64,000 nucleotides of DNA. Origin: Sphyrna mokarran. Lineage: Eukaryota. The DNA lies in assembly GCA_024679065.1 (NCBI GenBank), contig JAGIQG010000002.1:68014001-68078000 (forward strand), in the 5' to 3' direction. Position numbers and translations under genes: made by a program. Numbering within the stretch: position 1 is the stretch's first letter; every line of letters begins with the position of its first letter. Under the pieces are notes generated by a model, which was not told the origin of the DNA, ran no database searches, and saw only the letters and a list, made by a program, of their open reading frames with translations. This document shows, piece after piece, positions 38,661-50,146 of the stretch.

Positions 38661-39407
38661 CAACAGCAGTAAAATACACAACTACAATCAATATCTTACA
38701 TTATTAAAATAAATGTCAATGTAACATTCATTGCATTTTTTTAAAAAAGGAATTCCTTTCTAATATATACCAAACTTGAAAGAAATAAAGATACTTCTCA
38801 TCTCCCAGATGAGCTTTTGACAACAGCCTCGTTGAAGATATTTCTATCTCCCTACCAGATCCTCTTGCCCTAGTTTGATTTTATTTGCCTCCCTAGGGTA
38901 GCCATTAAAGGAACCTTACAAAGTATGTCCATAACTTAAGAAAATGATTGTCCATCACTTCTGGCACCAGTTAAAATCCTGAAGAAATTGGAATACTTAA
39001 AATGGTACATAATATATAATTTTAAAATACACCAATTTGGCATGGTTTTATTGAAAAGCTCAATGCCTGTTTCAGCATCATTCTCCACTTCAGTGGTACT
39101 GATGCACACATGGAGTGCTGAGGAGGAAACCACAGACTGCCACTTGGTTTCTATTCATTAAAATTGATGGACTGTAGATTGCAGGAAGAGCTCAATATAC
39201 ATGGAGCAACAAAGTACAAAGCTTACCATACATATTTGTTAACCATGGGAAACAACCTTCATTACAATTTCTTAGCAATTGTAGGAATGATTTTCCCAGA
39301 TACCTTAAGTAGTAAAGAGCCCACAAGGGGATTAAGACAGCACCTTAAATCAAAATACAAGATGCATTTCGGTAAGGCAGTTGAAGCTTGCACACGAAAC
39401 TGCCAAT

Positions 39408-39625
39408 TAGAATCACAGAAACCCTATTGTGCAGAAAGGAGCCCTTCGGATCATCGAGTCTATTCCGACCACAATCTCACCTAGGCCCTATCCCCATACT
39501 CCTACATATTTTACCCACTAACCAATGCATCTCAGGACACCAAGGTGCAATTTTTAGCCAATCAACCTAACCTGCACATCTTTGGACTGTGGGAGGAAAC
39601 CGGAGCACTCGAAGGAAACCCACAG
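39408..39625 (-). mobile_element. HE1-like SINE 3' part (tail A)
   Basis: ctttggactgtgggaggaaaccggagcac core, reverse strand. Confidence 0.72.
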
Positions 39626-40609
39626 GTCATTGGGAGGGCAGACTGCCACTTATGTCAATATTCATTAAAGAAACAATGAGGCATTTTATTGGCTATCACT
39701 TGAATTGAAGTTTTGCTCCATTGTGTAACACATTGTGTGTTAGCCAGCAATATCCACATCTTCAATATGTGTGTACAGTCCACAAATGCTGCTACATGAA
39801 AATCATATCTAATTAACGCTCCAGTGTTAAACTTACACGTGTATTTTAACACTTCCAGACAAATTCAAATTATGGTAAACTGAAACAGGGACCAGAATTC
39901 CTCTTCCTGATAGTGTCTTCAGGCTGCAACATGCTTTTGAAACCTTAATAGCATACATGAAATTAGTTTCAATCTAATCTGCACTTAGACTGCCTATTTC
40001 CACCTTTGTAATATTGGCTTGCTCTGCTTCAACACATCTGCTAGTGAAGCCCTTATACATGCCTTTATCACCACTTAATGTGACTATTCCAATGCTTAGC
40101 TACACTAACTCCCAAACAAGAAATGCAATGATTTTAAATTTCTCATCTTTGTCTTGTTTTCAAGCTCCATCAGGACTTTGCCCCTCCCTAACCTTTCATC
40201 CTCATCTAGCCTAACAATGCTCTGGGATGTTTGTGCTCCTCTAAATTTGGTTCTTGAGCTCCCCTTATCTCCACAAATCAGTGTCGTGCCATCAATTGCT
40301 TAGAACACAAATGTAAGCTCTGGAGTTCCCTTTCTAAAACATTCTGTCTCCATTTTCTCTTCCCTTCTGTATGATTGCTCTTAGGCCAAATATTTGGTCA
40401 TCTGTCCCAATGTTCCCTTACATGGCTTAGTGTCAAATTATATTTGATAATGCTTCTGTAAGATGCCTGGGGACATTTTGTTAAAGCATCAAAACTTTCA
40501 TGCAGTCTTAGAAGCCCAACACACAAAAACAAGCAGTTTACACTCTTTCACCAAAATAACCCTTTAAAGTGACGTATTCTACCTAAAAATGAGTTTCCAA
40601 TCACATATC

Positions 40610-42200
40610 TGCACCATAGGGTCAGAATGAGGCCATTCACCCCATCGAATCTGCTCCACCATTTAATCATGGCTGATACTTTTCTCATCCCCATTATCCC
40701 TTGATCCCCTTATTAAATCAAGAACCTCTCTGTCTTAAAAACACTCAATGACCTGGCCTTCACAGATTTGCCACTCTCTGGCTGAAGAAATTCCTCCCCA
40801 TCTGTTTTAAAGGGTCGTCTAAGGTTCTGCCCTCTGGTTCTAAATTTTCCTACTGGTGGAAATGTCCATTCTATCCAAGCCTTGCAGTATCCTGCAAGTT
40901 TCAATAAGATCCCCCCCATCCTTCTAAACTCCAATGAGTACAGACCCAGATCCTCAACCATTCCTCACCTGACAAGGTCTTCTTTCCAGAGATTCTTGTG
41001 AATCACCTCTGGACTCTTTCCAAGACCAACACATCAGTTCTTAGATATGAGGCACAAAACTGCCCACAATACTCCAAATGGGGTCTGACCAGAGCCTTAT
41101 ACAGCCTCACAAGTACATCTCTGCTCTTATATTCTAGCCCTCTTGACATGAATGTTAACATTGCATTTGCCTTCTTAACTGCAAGAAGATGTACATTAAT
41201 CTTGAGAATCTTGATCAATGTCTGTCAAGTCCCTTTGTGATTCTGATTTCCTAAGCATGTCCCCATTTAGAAAATGGTCCATGCCCCCATTCCTCCTTCT
41301 AAAGTGCATTACCTCCCACTTTTCCACACTATTCCATCTGCTACTTCCTTGCTGCTCTCCTAATCTGTCCAAGTCACTCTGCAGCCCCCTACTTCCTCAA
41401 TATTACTTGTCCCTTTATACATCTATGTATCATCTTCAAACGTAGCAACAGTAGCTTCCGTTTCTTCTTCCAAATTGTTAATGTGTATTGTGAAATGTGG
41501 TTTCAGCATTAACCCGAGGCACACCACTTGTCACCTTCCTGAAAAAGGCCCCTTTATCCCCACTCTATGCCTTTTGCAGTTGGCCAATCCTCTATCCATG
41601 TTAGGAACAGTCTCTTAAGCGGCACCTTGTTACCTCCTAATAGATTTGTCAGACATGACCTCCCTTTGATGAAGTTGTGCTGACTCAGTCATACTTTATC
41701 ATAAACTTCTAAGTACTCCGCAATTTTATCTTCAATAATGGAATCTAAAATTTTGCCAATGACTGAAGTCAGGCTAACTGCCTATAGTTTCCCCTCTGCT
41801 GCTTCCCTCCCTTCTTAAAAAGCGGTGTTACATTAGCTATTTTCCAGCCCTCTAGGACCCTCCCTGCCTCCAGTGATTCCTGAAAGTTCATCATCAATGC
41901 CTTCACAATTTCCTCAGTTATCTCTTTTAGAACCCTGAGGTGTAGTCCATCTGATCCAGTGATTTATCCATCCCCAGACCTTTCAGTTTCCCTGGAACCT
42001 TCTCTTTAGTGATGGCCACTACACTCACTTGTGCCCCCTGATTCTCCTGGAACTCTGGCATCCCACTGGTGTCTTCCACCATGAAGACTGATGCAAAGTA
42101 ACTATTCACTTCCTCTGCCATTGCTTTGTTTTCTATTATTACTTCTCCAGCCTCATTTCCCAGTGGTCCAATGTTACCATTACTAAAACTGTCCATTTCC
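40610..42200 (-). mobile_element. CR1 LINE remnant with internal deletions
   Basis: YFASVF, KKANAML, LYKALVRPHLEYC, LGLYSLE. Confidence 0.85.
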
Positions 42201-43689
42201 ACCCCGCAACACGTGTTGAAGCAGAAGCCAGCCAATCTGCTGCAGTGACTGGCATAGAACATGGCATACTGTTACCTCCACAATTCAATTTGTTATTCCC
42301 AGTTATTCACTGAGTCTTTATTGATATGGGCAAATCACAACGTTCTCTTTCCCAGAAACAGGTTCACATCCCTCCTCCACACAAGAGAATAAGCAAGTTT
42401 CCATGCAAGGAACAATGTTAATTAAATAGGATTTAAACATTTAACACCAAATGTAGCTCTTATGTATTGTCCAGCACTATTATTGTACATTTGATGGGAC
42501 CAGATAACTTGCAGCAAGGCAATGGGAAGAAACCTGATTGTAGTTTGGAAGGCACAATGAAAGCCTGAACACAATACAATACTCTCTAAACTAGAGAAAC
42601 GATTATTACTGTAGACAAGTGTCTATGTTTAAATTTTTGCTTTTGTATCACCATCTGCTTGGTGGTTTGGTAAAATCTCTCAAATTAAAGGTTTCATAAA
42701 ACAATATTACATAGTAGGTGGTGAGGTTCAGCAGAGTTCTGACCAACCCTCTGTAAAATATATATTTTCAATCCTTTTATTTCCAGCTTTAAGTCTCCTC
42801 CCATCCCCCAAAATAGAAACATTACAAAATGTGACAAATTATTGCCCATATACAACTATCAAAATCTGCTGAAAGGAAACAGGTAACAGGTCACATGCTG
42901 TACATGAAATCCATATTACAATGTCCCTGGAATTGACCAAAGTCAGGGAATTGAAATGAAATATCATGGTTTTACAGTCTGATTCTACAACAACTACTTT
43001 TGCTCACCAGCTTCCAGCTTTGCAGGATTTCAGGGATTCCATAAAACAAATAGACTACATAGAACTCTCAGTGCTGGTCATAGATAAATAATAATCCAAA
43101 CAACTCTTTATTAATATTCAGATGATGGCAAAGATACAAAGGCATAGTATGGAAATATATTTTAAAAATTGCAACTAATGTTCCCCTAAGTGGCATTTAT
43201 CTAAATCATGCATCCAAATTGACATAGGACAGGATTTTTCAGATCACATTTTTGGAGTTTCCGACCATGTCACTGAAAACACAAACCATGGCTGTCCCTC
43301 AGCCCCATTTGACACTTTAAGCATAACTTAGCTGAAGGTGGGATTTGTGCTTCTCACTCAGAAAAAATCCCAACTTAAAGGACTGCCAGTTCGATAATTT
43401 CAGCAGCATCATGGGTAGCTGTGTTCATAGCTGGATCTGCTGGAGTTCACAGGAGCAGGTAGGGGTGAGGCTTTGTGGAGGTGATGGGAGAGGGGGGAAG
43501 ACAGATAGAGGGCAGGGGAGGTGGGGTTGATGGCCCCAAAAGGAAGGTGGGTGTTATGGTGAGAGAAATGCTCACTCTGAAAATGGGTTTTAGTTGTAGC
43601 CCCTTCTGCTACCCAATGCCCGAGCATAGTAACCTGTGGGCTTCACCCCTATGCAGAATCTTCTCAACTACTGCTATTTATATAGCATC

Positions 43690-44515
43690 CCAAAGCAAAA
43701 CTGGACACATGGACACAAAGTAATATTAAAAAGGTAGATGACCAAAAGTTTGGTCGAAGAGATAGGTTTCAAAAGATGTCATAAAGGAGGAAAAAGAACT
43801 AGGGTAGGGGGTTAGGGAAGCTTCAGTTGAGGTAACTGGAAGCAAAGCTATGAATCAGGGGTGATCAAGAGGCCAAAAGTTGAGCACAGATTTGGGGAAA
43901 TTGTTCGGCTGGTGGACATTCCAGCGATAAGGAGAAGCAAAGCCACAGAAGGACTTGGAAATAAGGAAAAGAATTTTAAAAACTGAAACACTACTTGACC
44001 AGAAGCCAATGTAGGTCAGTGAATGGAGTCTGGAGCAAGACTGGAAATTTTAGCTTAACTAGTATTGGGTATTAGATAAGCAAAGTAATAATTTAAAAAT
44101 AGTGGAGGAATCAAGAAAGGTGATGGCAACATCAAACTGGGCTTCATTAATCATCTGACGCACAGTTTTCAAATGATGTTGCCAAGGAGCAGTTTGAAAC
44201 AGAAGGGGGACAAGGATAGATCTTTGGGGGGTACCAAAGGTAATGTAACGGGAAGATAAATTGTCACAGGTGATTCGCGAGCTACGATCAGCAACAATGA
44301 AGAGGCAATGAAATAGTTTACCTGTGTCACAGTCAAAGTGTGCTATTTGTGACTTTGATAACAAACATTTGAATATTGTGGCAAGTGTATAAACCTGATT
44401 GGAGGGATCCTAATAAGAGTTCTATGAAAGATAGGCATTGATCTGTCAGGCAACAGCATGGCCAAGGATTTGAGGGGAAAGGAAAGTTGGAGATAAGACA
44501 ATAGTTTGCAGGAAT
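43690..44515 (-). mobile_element. Old L2-like LINE fragment
   Basis: GTPQRSILVPLLF RT remnant; related to 7160-7535 and 32000-32470. Confidence 0.6.
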
Positions 44516-45884
44516 ATTTCTCTACTGCCTTAACACCTTTTTAGGGTGAAGACCAGAAGTGCAGATGATACTCTAACCATGCTCTTGCTAAGGTTTCATA
44601 CCAATTAACCATCATCATTTATTTTATTATGTTTCTCGTATCATAAAGCCTAGTATTTTTTGTTTCAAAAGTGGACATATTTATTTAAGGATGGGTTTTT
44701 ACTGTTTTGTACAACTGGCCCTTCTTATTGGCCAAATCTAATTAATTTCTCTTCATCTAAATTGGATATTTAGTTACTTCAACTGTAGTTTAAAATGCAA
44801 AACTTTAACTACAGGTAGATCAAAGCACATCTTCTAGTCTTTGGATCGTTGGAGACCAGACACACAACTAAATATGTACGTCAGGATCCGCGGAAGGACT
44901 GGCATCCTGATCTTTGCGGCAATTGCCCAGAAAGTTTCAGCTTCCAACATTCAATTGCCCTGCCCTTTGGGGTCTTGAGTTAGATCAAGGACTTTGGATA
45001 TTTTTGATGTATGTACCTGGGTAGTTACCCAGAAAAATGTTAAACAGAATAAAACTTAGTCTAACATTTTTGGATGGCAGAGTTTCACTTTTCACCACCC
45101 AAAAAGTCAGCAGGACTCAAAACGCCCCAAAGCCAATTTATGCTCGAGTGAAGAGTTAATTGGCTGCAAGGAGGACATTTGCTCCAGGAGAGATCCTGCC
45201 ATAGGGAGCTGCTGGCCACCAGAGTTACAGTGGACTGAATAGAAAATGCAGGAAGATATCTGAGATTTGTCTGGATACAGGAGACCAAGGCAAGTTCAAG
45301 GAATTCCAGAATGGGATGGGGAGGGGAGGGAAGGGAAGGGAAGGCAAGGAATTGGGAAGGAAGGAAGGAAGTTCAGAGGTCACTGGACCTTAAGCCCCAC
45401 TTCAAGAGGGAACTTCAGATGAGACTGCCTTCTTTCCTAGTCCATCATCACTTCCCACCCACCCACGCCCTTTCCAACTGAGGTCCAATTCTTATTTTTG
45501 GGCAAATTCAATCTTTCTGCCAACCTAAAAACTGAGGATAGGAAACAATCCTCAGGAGGCCAATAAGCGGCCACTTAAGAGTTTTAATTGGGATAAGAGT
45601 GGGCTGCCTGTCTGAGATCTTGCTCTGACAAAATTGCTGCATGGTTGGGGCAGACAGGTACCCAGAGGGAATTACATCCTCTCAATTTCGTGCTCCCCCT
45701 GCATACCCTGTAACCTGACTATCCCTCCTGACTAAGCTCCGACTGCCTAGCTCCTACCACCAACCCTACTCCATTCATCTCACCCATCCATTCACTGACA
45801 CTGACTGGACATTTAACCAGACCTTACGACAGCTAGTGCTGTTTGGTGCATTCTGCCTTCTCCAGGCTTGACTATGATCCAATG

Positions 45885-46180
45885 GAATTCATAGAATCCT
45901 GCAGTTCAGAAAGAAGCCATTCAGCATATTGAGTCTGCACTGACAACAACCCCATCCAGGGCTTATCCCCATTACTCCATATATTCTCCCTGACACCAAG
46001 GGGCAATTTAGCACAACCAATCAACTAATCCACACATCTTTGGAGTGTGGGAGAAAACCAGGAGCACCCAGAGAAAACCCACAGATACATACTGAATGTG
46101 CAAACTCCATACAATGATCGAAGGTTGCAATTGAACCCAGATTCCTAGCACTGAGGCAGCAGTGCTATTTGCTGCACCAC
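45885..46180 (-). mobile_element. HE1-like SINE (tail A)
   Basis: Reverse-strand head, core and tail. Confidence 0.75.
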
Positions 46181-46574
46181 CCATAACTGTCCAAGACACT
46201 CTGTGCTCCATATTTCTGAGAAACTAGGCTTGGAAGTTCCATCAAGAAATATAGGGCAGCGTCGAGGCTGGGGAAAAAAGTGGAACCAGACCATAAATTC
46301 AACGATAATTGTCACTGCTCAGCTGATCTGAACTATTATATTTAATTCAAATATCCTGCATCAACAATCTCATTCACCTCAGAATGTATATACTCTGAAT
46401 ACTTATTCATCAGTTGATAAATTTCTTTTGTGCCTCAATGAAAAGGAATGCAGCACTGCCCAGATATTTTATATAAATATTTATCTCATAAGAGAATTAC
46501 ATGCTCTGTTCTATACCACTTTGTAACATGCGATTATATGCAGTAATATCATGAATTTATCCATTTCTACTCAC

Positions 46575-46757
46575 CCACATACATACAAATATCCATTTTC
46601 ACTCAGCAACATTCTTGTGACATCTTCAGCAAAGAGCTTAAGTAGATGCTGAACGTATTTTGCTTTTCCTTCTGATGTGTCCTTGGGTTGATCCCTTGAG
46701 AAACAGACTTTCAGCTGGGTCAAGGTGCCATTATTTTGAAAGCTTCTTAACTCGTTT
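46575..46757 (-). CDS. MTRR: MTRR penultimate exon (equivalent to human exon 14)
   Basis: ccttccag acceptor, GG|gtgagt donor; 183 nt; NELRSFQNNGTLTQLKVCFSRD...KYVQ...ENGYLYVC(G), with the SR, KYVQ and YVCG motifs. Confidence 0.96.
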
Positions 46758-47086
46758 CTGGAAGGCAAAGGAACAAGAAGCATTTTTGCTGTCTCCAGTT
46801 TTCCATTTAGTTAGATTCTATGTCATGCCAATCCTCTCAAGAGGCATAGTTAGGGCTTTTAATTCCCCATCCCTTTGTTTTGACCATTCTCCCAATCTTG
46901 ACAAAAGGTCTATGCCTTTTCTGTTTAAGACTGTTTTCTCCATCGATTCTGCCCGGCACCATTTGACATGCTGAGCTTTTCCAGCATTTTTCTTTTGTTT
47001 CAAACTTTGAACATCTTTTTTAATTTTTGAAGATGAAATTTAAAGCTTCTATCCCATCATGTGTATTCGAATCACAACCACGAGTT

Positions 47087-48310
47087 AAGAACAAAGAACA
47101 AAAAACAAAAAACAAAACAGCACGGGAAACAGGCCCTTCAGCCCAACGAGCCCACGCCGCCACCCCAATGTTCCCACCTCTACCCGCGATCCCCTGTCCA
47201 TGTTTATAGATCTATGGATTAAAAACTAAATTTGAGACAATTTAGGGAGAATTTGTTTTGCCAATTAGCCTAAGAGCACATCTTTGGGATGTGGGAGGAA
47301 ACTGGAGCACATGGAGAAAACCCACACAAGCATGGGGAGAATGTGCAAACTCCCACAGACACAGGCCCAAATATCCATGTATCTGCACTGCACAGCACAG
47401 CGATAGTCACTGAGCTGTCATGTTGCCCATCAAATGGTCCAGGTCAAGCGCACACTAACGACATGAAGCACTAGGATACTCTCGAAAAAAATCCTCTCAC
47501 GACCCATCGCATGTTTGCCCCTTGTTAGACAACAAGGTGGACCAAAGCACCTGTAGGATAAAAACAAGTACATCAATATCATCAATTATTTACACACTTC
47601 CCAGGGACTCCCAAGGCTCATGATCCCTATTTTAAATCAGTTTTCTATACCCCTCCATTCATATTCTGTTCATATGCCCATCTAAGTATTTCTTAAATAA
47701 CTCCAGAGTACCTGCCTCCACCACTTTACTTGGCAGCGCATTCCATACCCCCACCACCCTGTGAGAAAAAAACTCCCTCTAGCATCCAAATTATACCTCA
47801 CCCCCCCCTCACCCTAAGCCCATGACCCCTCATGCTATTCGAGTCCATCCTAGGAAAAAGCTTAACCCTCAATCTTGTACACCTCTATTAGATCTCCTCT
47901 AAGTCTATGTCTTTCTAAGGAAAACAGTCCCAATTTGCCTAACCTCTCCTCGTAACTCAGACCTTCCATACCAGGCAGCATCCTGGTAAACCTCCTCTGC
48001 ACTCTCTCCAGACTCTCCACATCCTTCTGGTAGTAAGGCAACCAGAACTGGACACAGTATTCCAAATGAGGTCTAACCGTTTTATACAACTGCAACATTA
48101 AAGGCCAGCTCTTGTACTCTGTACCCCTTCCTATAAAGGCTAGCATACTATAAGCTTTCTTCACAACATTCTCCACTTGCTCTGCCACCTTCAGAGACTT
48201 GTTCACCTGCACCCCCAGGTCCCTCTGCGTTTCTATACTCTTAATAGGTCTACCCTTTATCATATACCTCCCCCCTACATTCTTTCTCCCAAAATGCATC
48301 ACCTCGCATT
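47087..48310 (-). mobile_element. CR1 3' fragment with long chimeric 3' UTR (copy B), sense to MTRR
   Basis: 146-aa ORF2 piece nearly identical to the 19289 ORF; candidate TSD TTAAGA at 47085-47090 / 48309-48314. Confidence 0.9.
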
Positions 48311-48509
48311 AAGATTCGTCCTTTCCTAAATAACTAAAAATGATCAGTGAGAACACAGGGGATCACAGTATTACACTAAAGTTTTCCAGAACAAAGTGAA
48401 GACCATTAGGGGCAAATAATGCAATGTTCATTGCCACTATGTTGTAAACTAACCACAAGTTTCCTGTTGTATCAGATTTGAAGATCCAAGGCCAACTCAA
48501 TGTTCAGTG

Positions 48510-49247
48510 CAGTTTAAGTTTATTATTTGGTGTCACAAGTAGGCTTATATTAACATTGCAATTAAGTTACTGTGAAAATCTCTTAGTCGCCAAACTCCAG
48601 CACCTGTTTGGGTACACTGAGGCCGAATTTAGCAAGGCCAAATGCTAAAAGATTTGGCATTTTAGCCAACACTGGTATGGAGAGCAGGTCTTATGAGGAG
48701 AGGCTGAGGGATTTGAGGTTGTTTTCGTTAGAAAGGAGGCGGCTAAGAGGAGACCTTATCGAAACATATAAGATGAGTAGAGGTTTAGATAGGGTGGACA
48801 GTGATAGCCTTTTTCCTAGGATGGAGAAAGCTAGCACGGGGGGACACAGCTTTAAATTAAGGGGTGATAGTTATAGGACGGATATCAGAGGTAGGTTCTT
48901 TACCCAGAGGGTGGTTAGGGAGGGGAATGCCCTGCCTGCGGCAGTTGTAGATGCGCCAAGTTTGGTGGCGTTTAAGAGGTTCGTTGATAAGTTTATGGAA
49001 GAGAAGGGAATGGTTTAGTTTGGAGGGTCATTGCTTTTTTCATAATTGGTCGGCGCAACATCGAAGGCCGAAGGGCCTGTTCTGCGCTGTAATGTTCTAT
49101 GTTCTAACACATCTTTCAGACTGTGGGAGGAAACCAGAACACCTGGAGACATGCAACGAATGTGGAGACTTGGCACAGACAGTAACCCAAGCCAGGAATC
49201 GAACTCTCGTTCCTGGCACTGTGAGGCAGCAGTACTAATCACTGTGT
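48510..49247 (-). mobile_element. HE1-like SINE (tail B) split by a nested CR1
   Basis: SINE tail 48510-48672 and head/core 49106-49247 join when the insert is removed. Confidence 0.8.
48673..49105 (+). mobile_element. Young CR1 3' end nested in a SINE
   Basis: SYEERL...RGDLIETYK...GGHSFK; CpGs retained; AACAC at 48668-48672 and 49106-49110. Confidence 0.88.
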
Positions 49248-50056
49248 CACGAGAAAATAAAGCATGCTGGGAGCCTATGAAGTTAGTTAGGGGAATCCAA
49301 TAATGCAATTGAATGTTATGCCACACAAAGTGCTGGTTTAAAACTGTTGTTTCAGTAGAGGTGTGCTGTGAAGAGTTGGAATTTGCTACAGCATAGCTGT
49401 TTTTCAATAATAGGGGGTTACCTTTACTTCAACTACTTATTTTACAATGGAGTTTTTGCATCTCATCAATTGTAATTAAAAAAGTGTGTCCCACAATTAG
49501 CCTTTACTGGGCTGATGCTGTCAAACAGTTCAGCCTCTGGCCGATGCTTTATGTGCTGTGGCCAGCATCAAATTATGTATTGAGCTTACCTTCCAGTAAG
49601 GTTAAACTCAGCTCACTTCAGCACAGTGATGCCAGTAACTGAATCACACCAGTGCTGCATTTTTGGGCTTAGAAGTAATTCTCAGGAGATTATTAGATCT
49701 GCCTCAAATCAAAAATCTTTTAAACCTAGTTTCCATTTGAAGTTGAAGAAATACTTCCATGGAAAAGTTTCAGTCAATGAGCTCCACAAAGTATTTGAGC
49801 AAGTCTGAATTTCATTAAGCATTTGAGGATGCAGATGGAAATTGGGTTATTGAAATAGATTAAAAAGGAGTAATTTGATGGAAAAATTAAAAGATTGTTG
49901 TTTGAAGGGTTCAAGTTATGGTTTGTAGAGATAACAGTGCAAAATGCAGAGTGAAAAAAGAAAAGATTTAAGTTAGCACATGTTACTGTAAATAAATCCT
50001 CAAGTTACAGGAAATTAAGAGTTGGTGGAAATAAAGAATCAGAACAGTATACTCAC

Positions 50057-50146
50057 CGAAACAGATAATCTCGATCATGATGTCGGCAGCCAAAGAAAAG
50101 CCAAGTTTCCCCAAACACAGTGCTAGGATTCTCTCTTTGTTTTTGA
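50057..50146 (-). CDS. MTRR: MTRR internal exon (equivalent to human exon 13)
   Basis: tttctatttcag acceptor, CG|gtgagt donor; 90 nt; [29 protein letters not shown](R), conserved WLFFGCR...DYLF motif. Confidence 0.95.

Noticed and set aside
46758-46783. N-terminal part of ORF 46571-46783
   Set aside because: Intronic polypyrimidine tract; the exon starts at 46757
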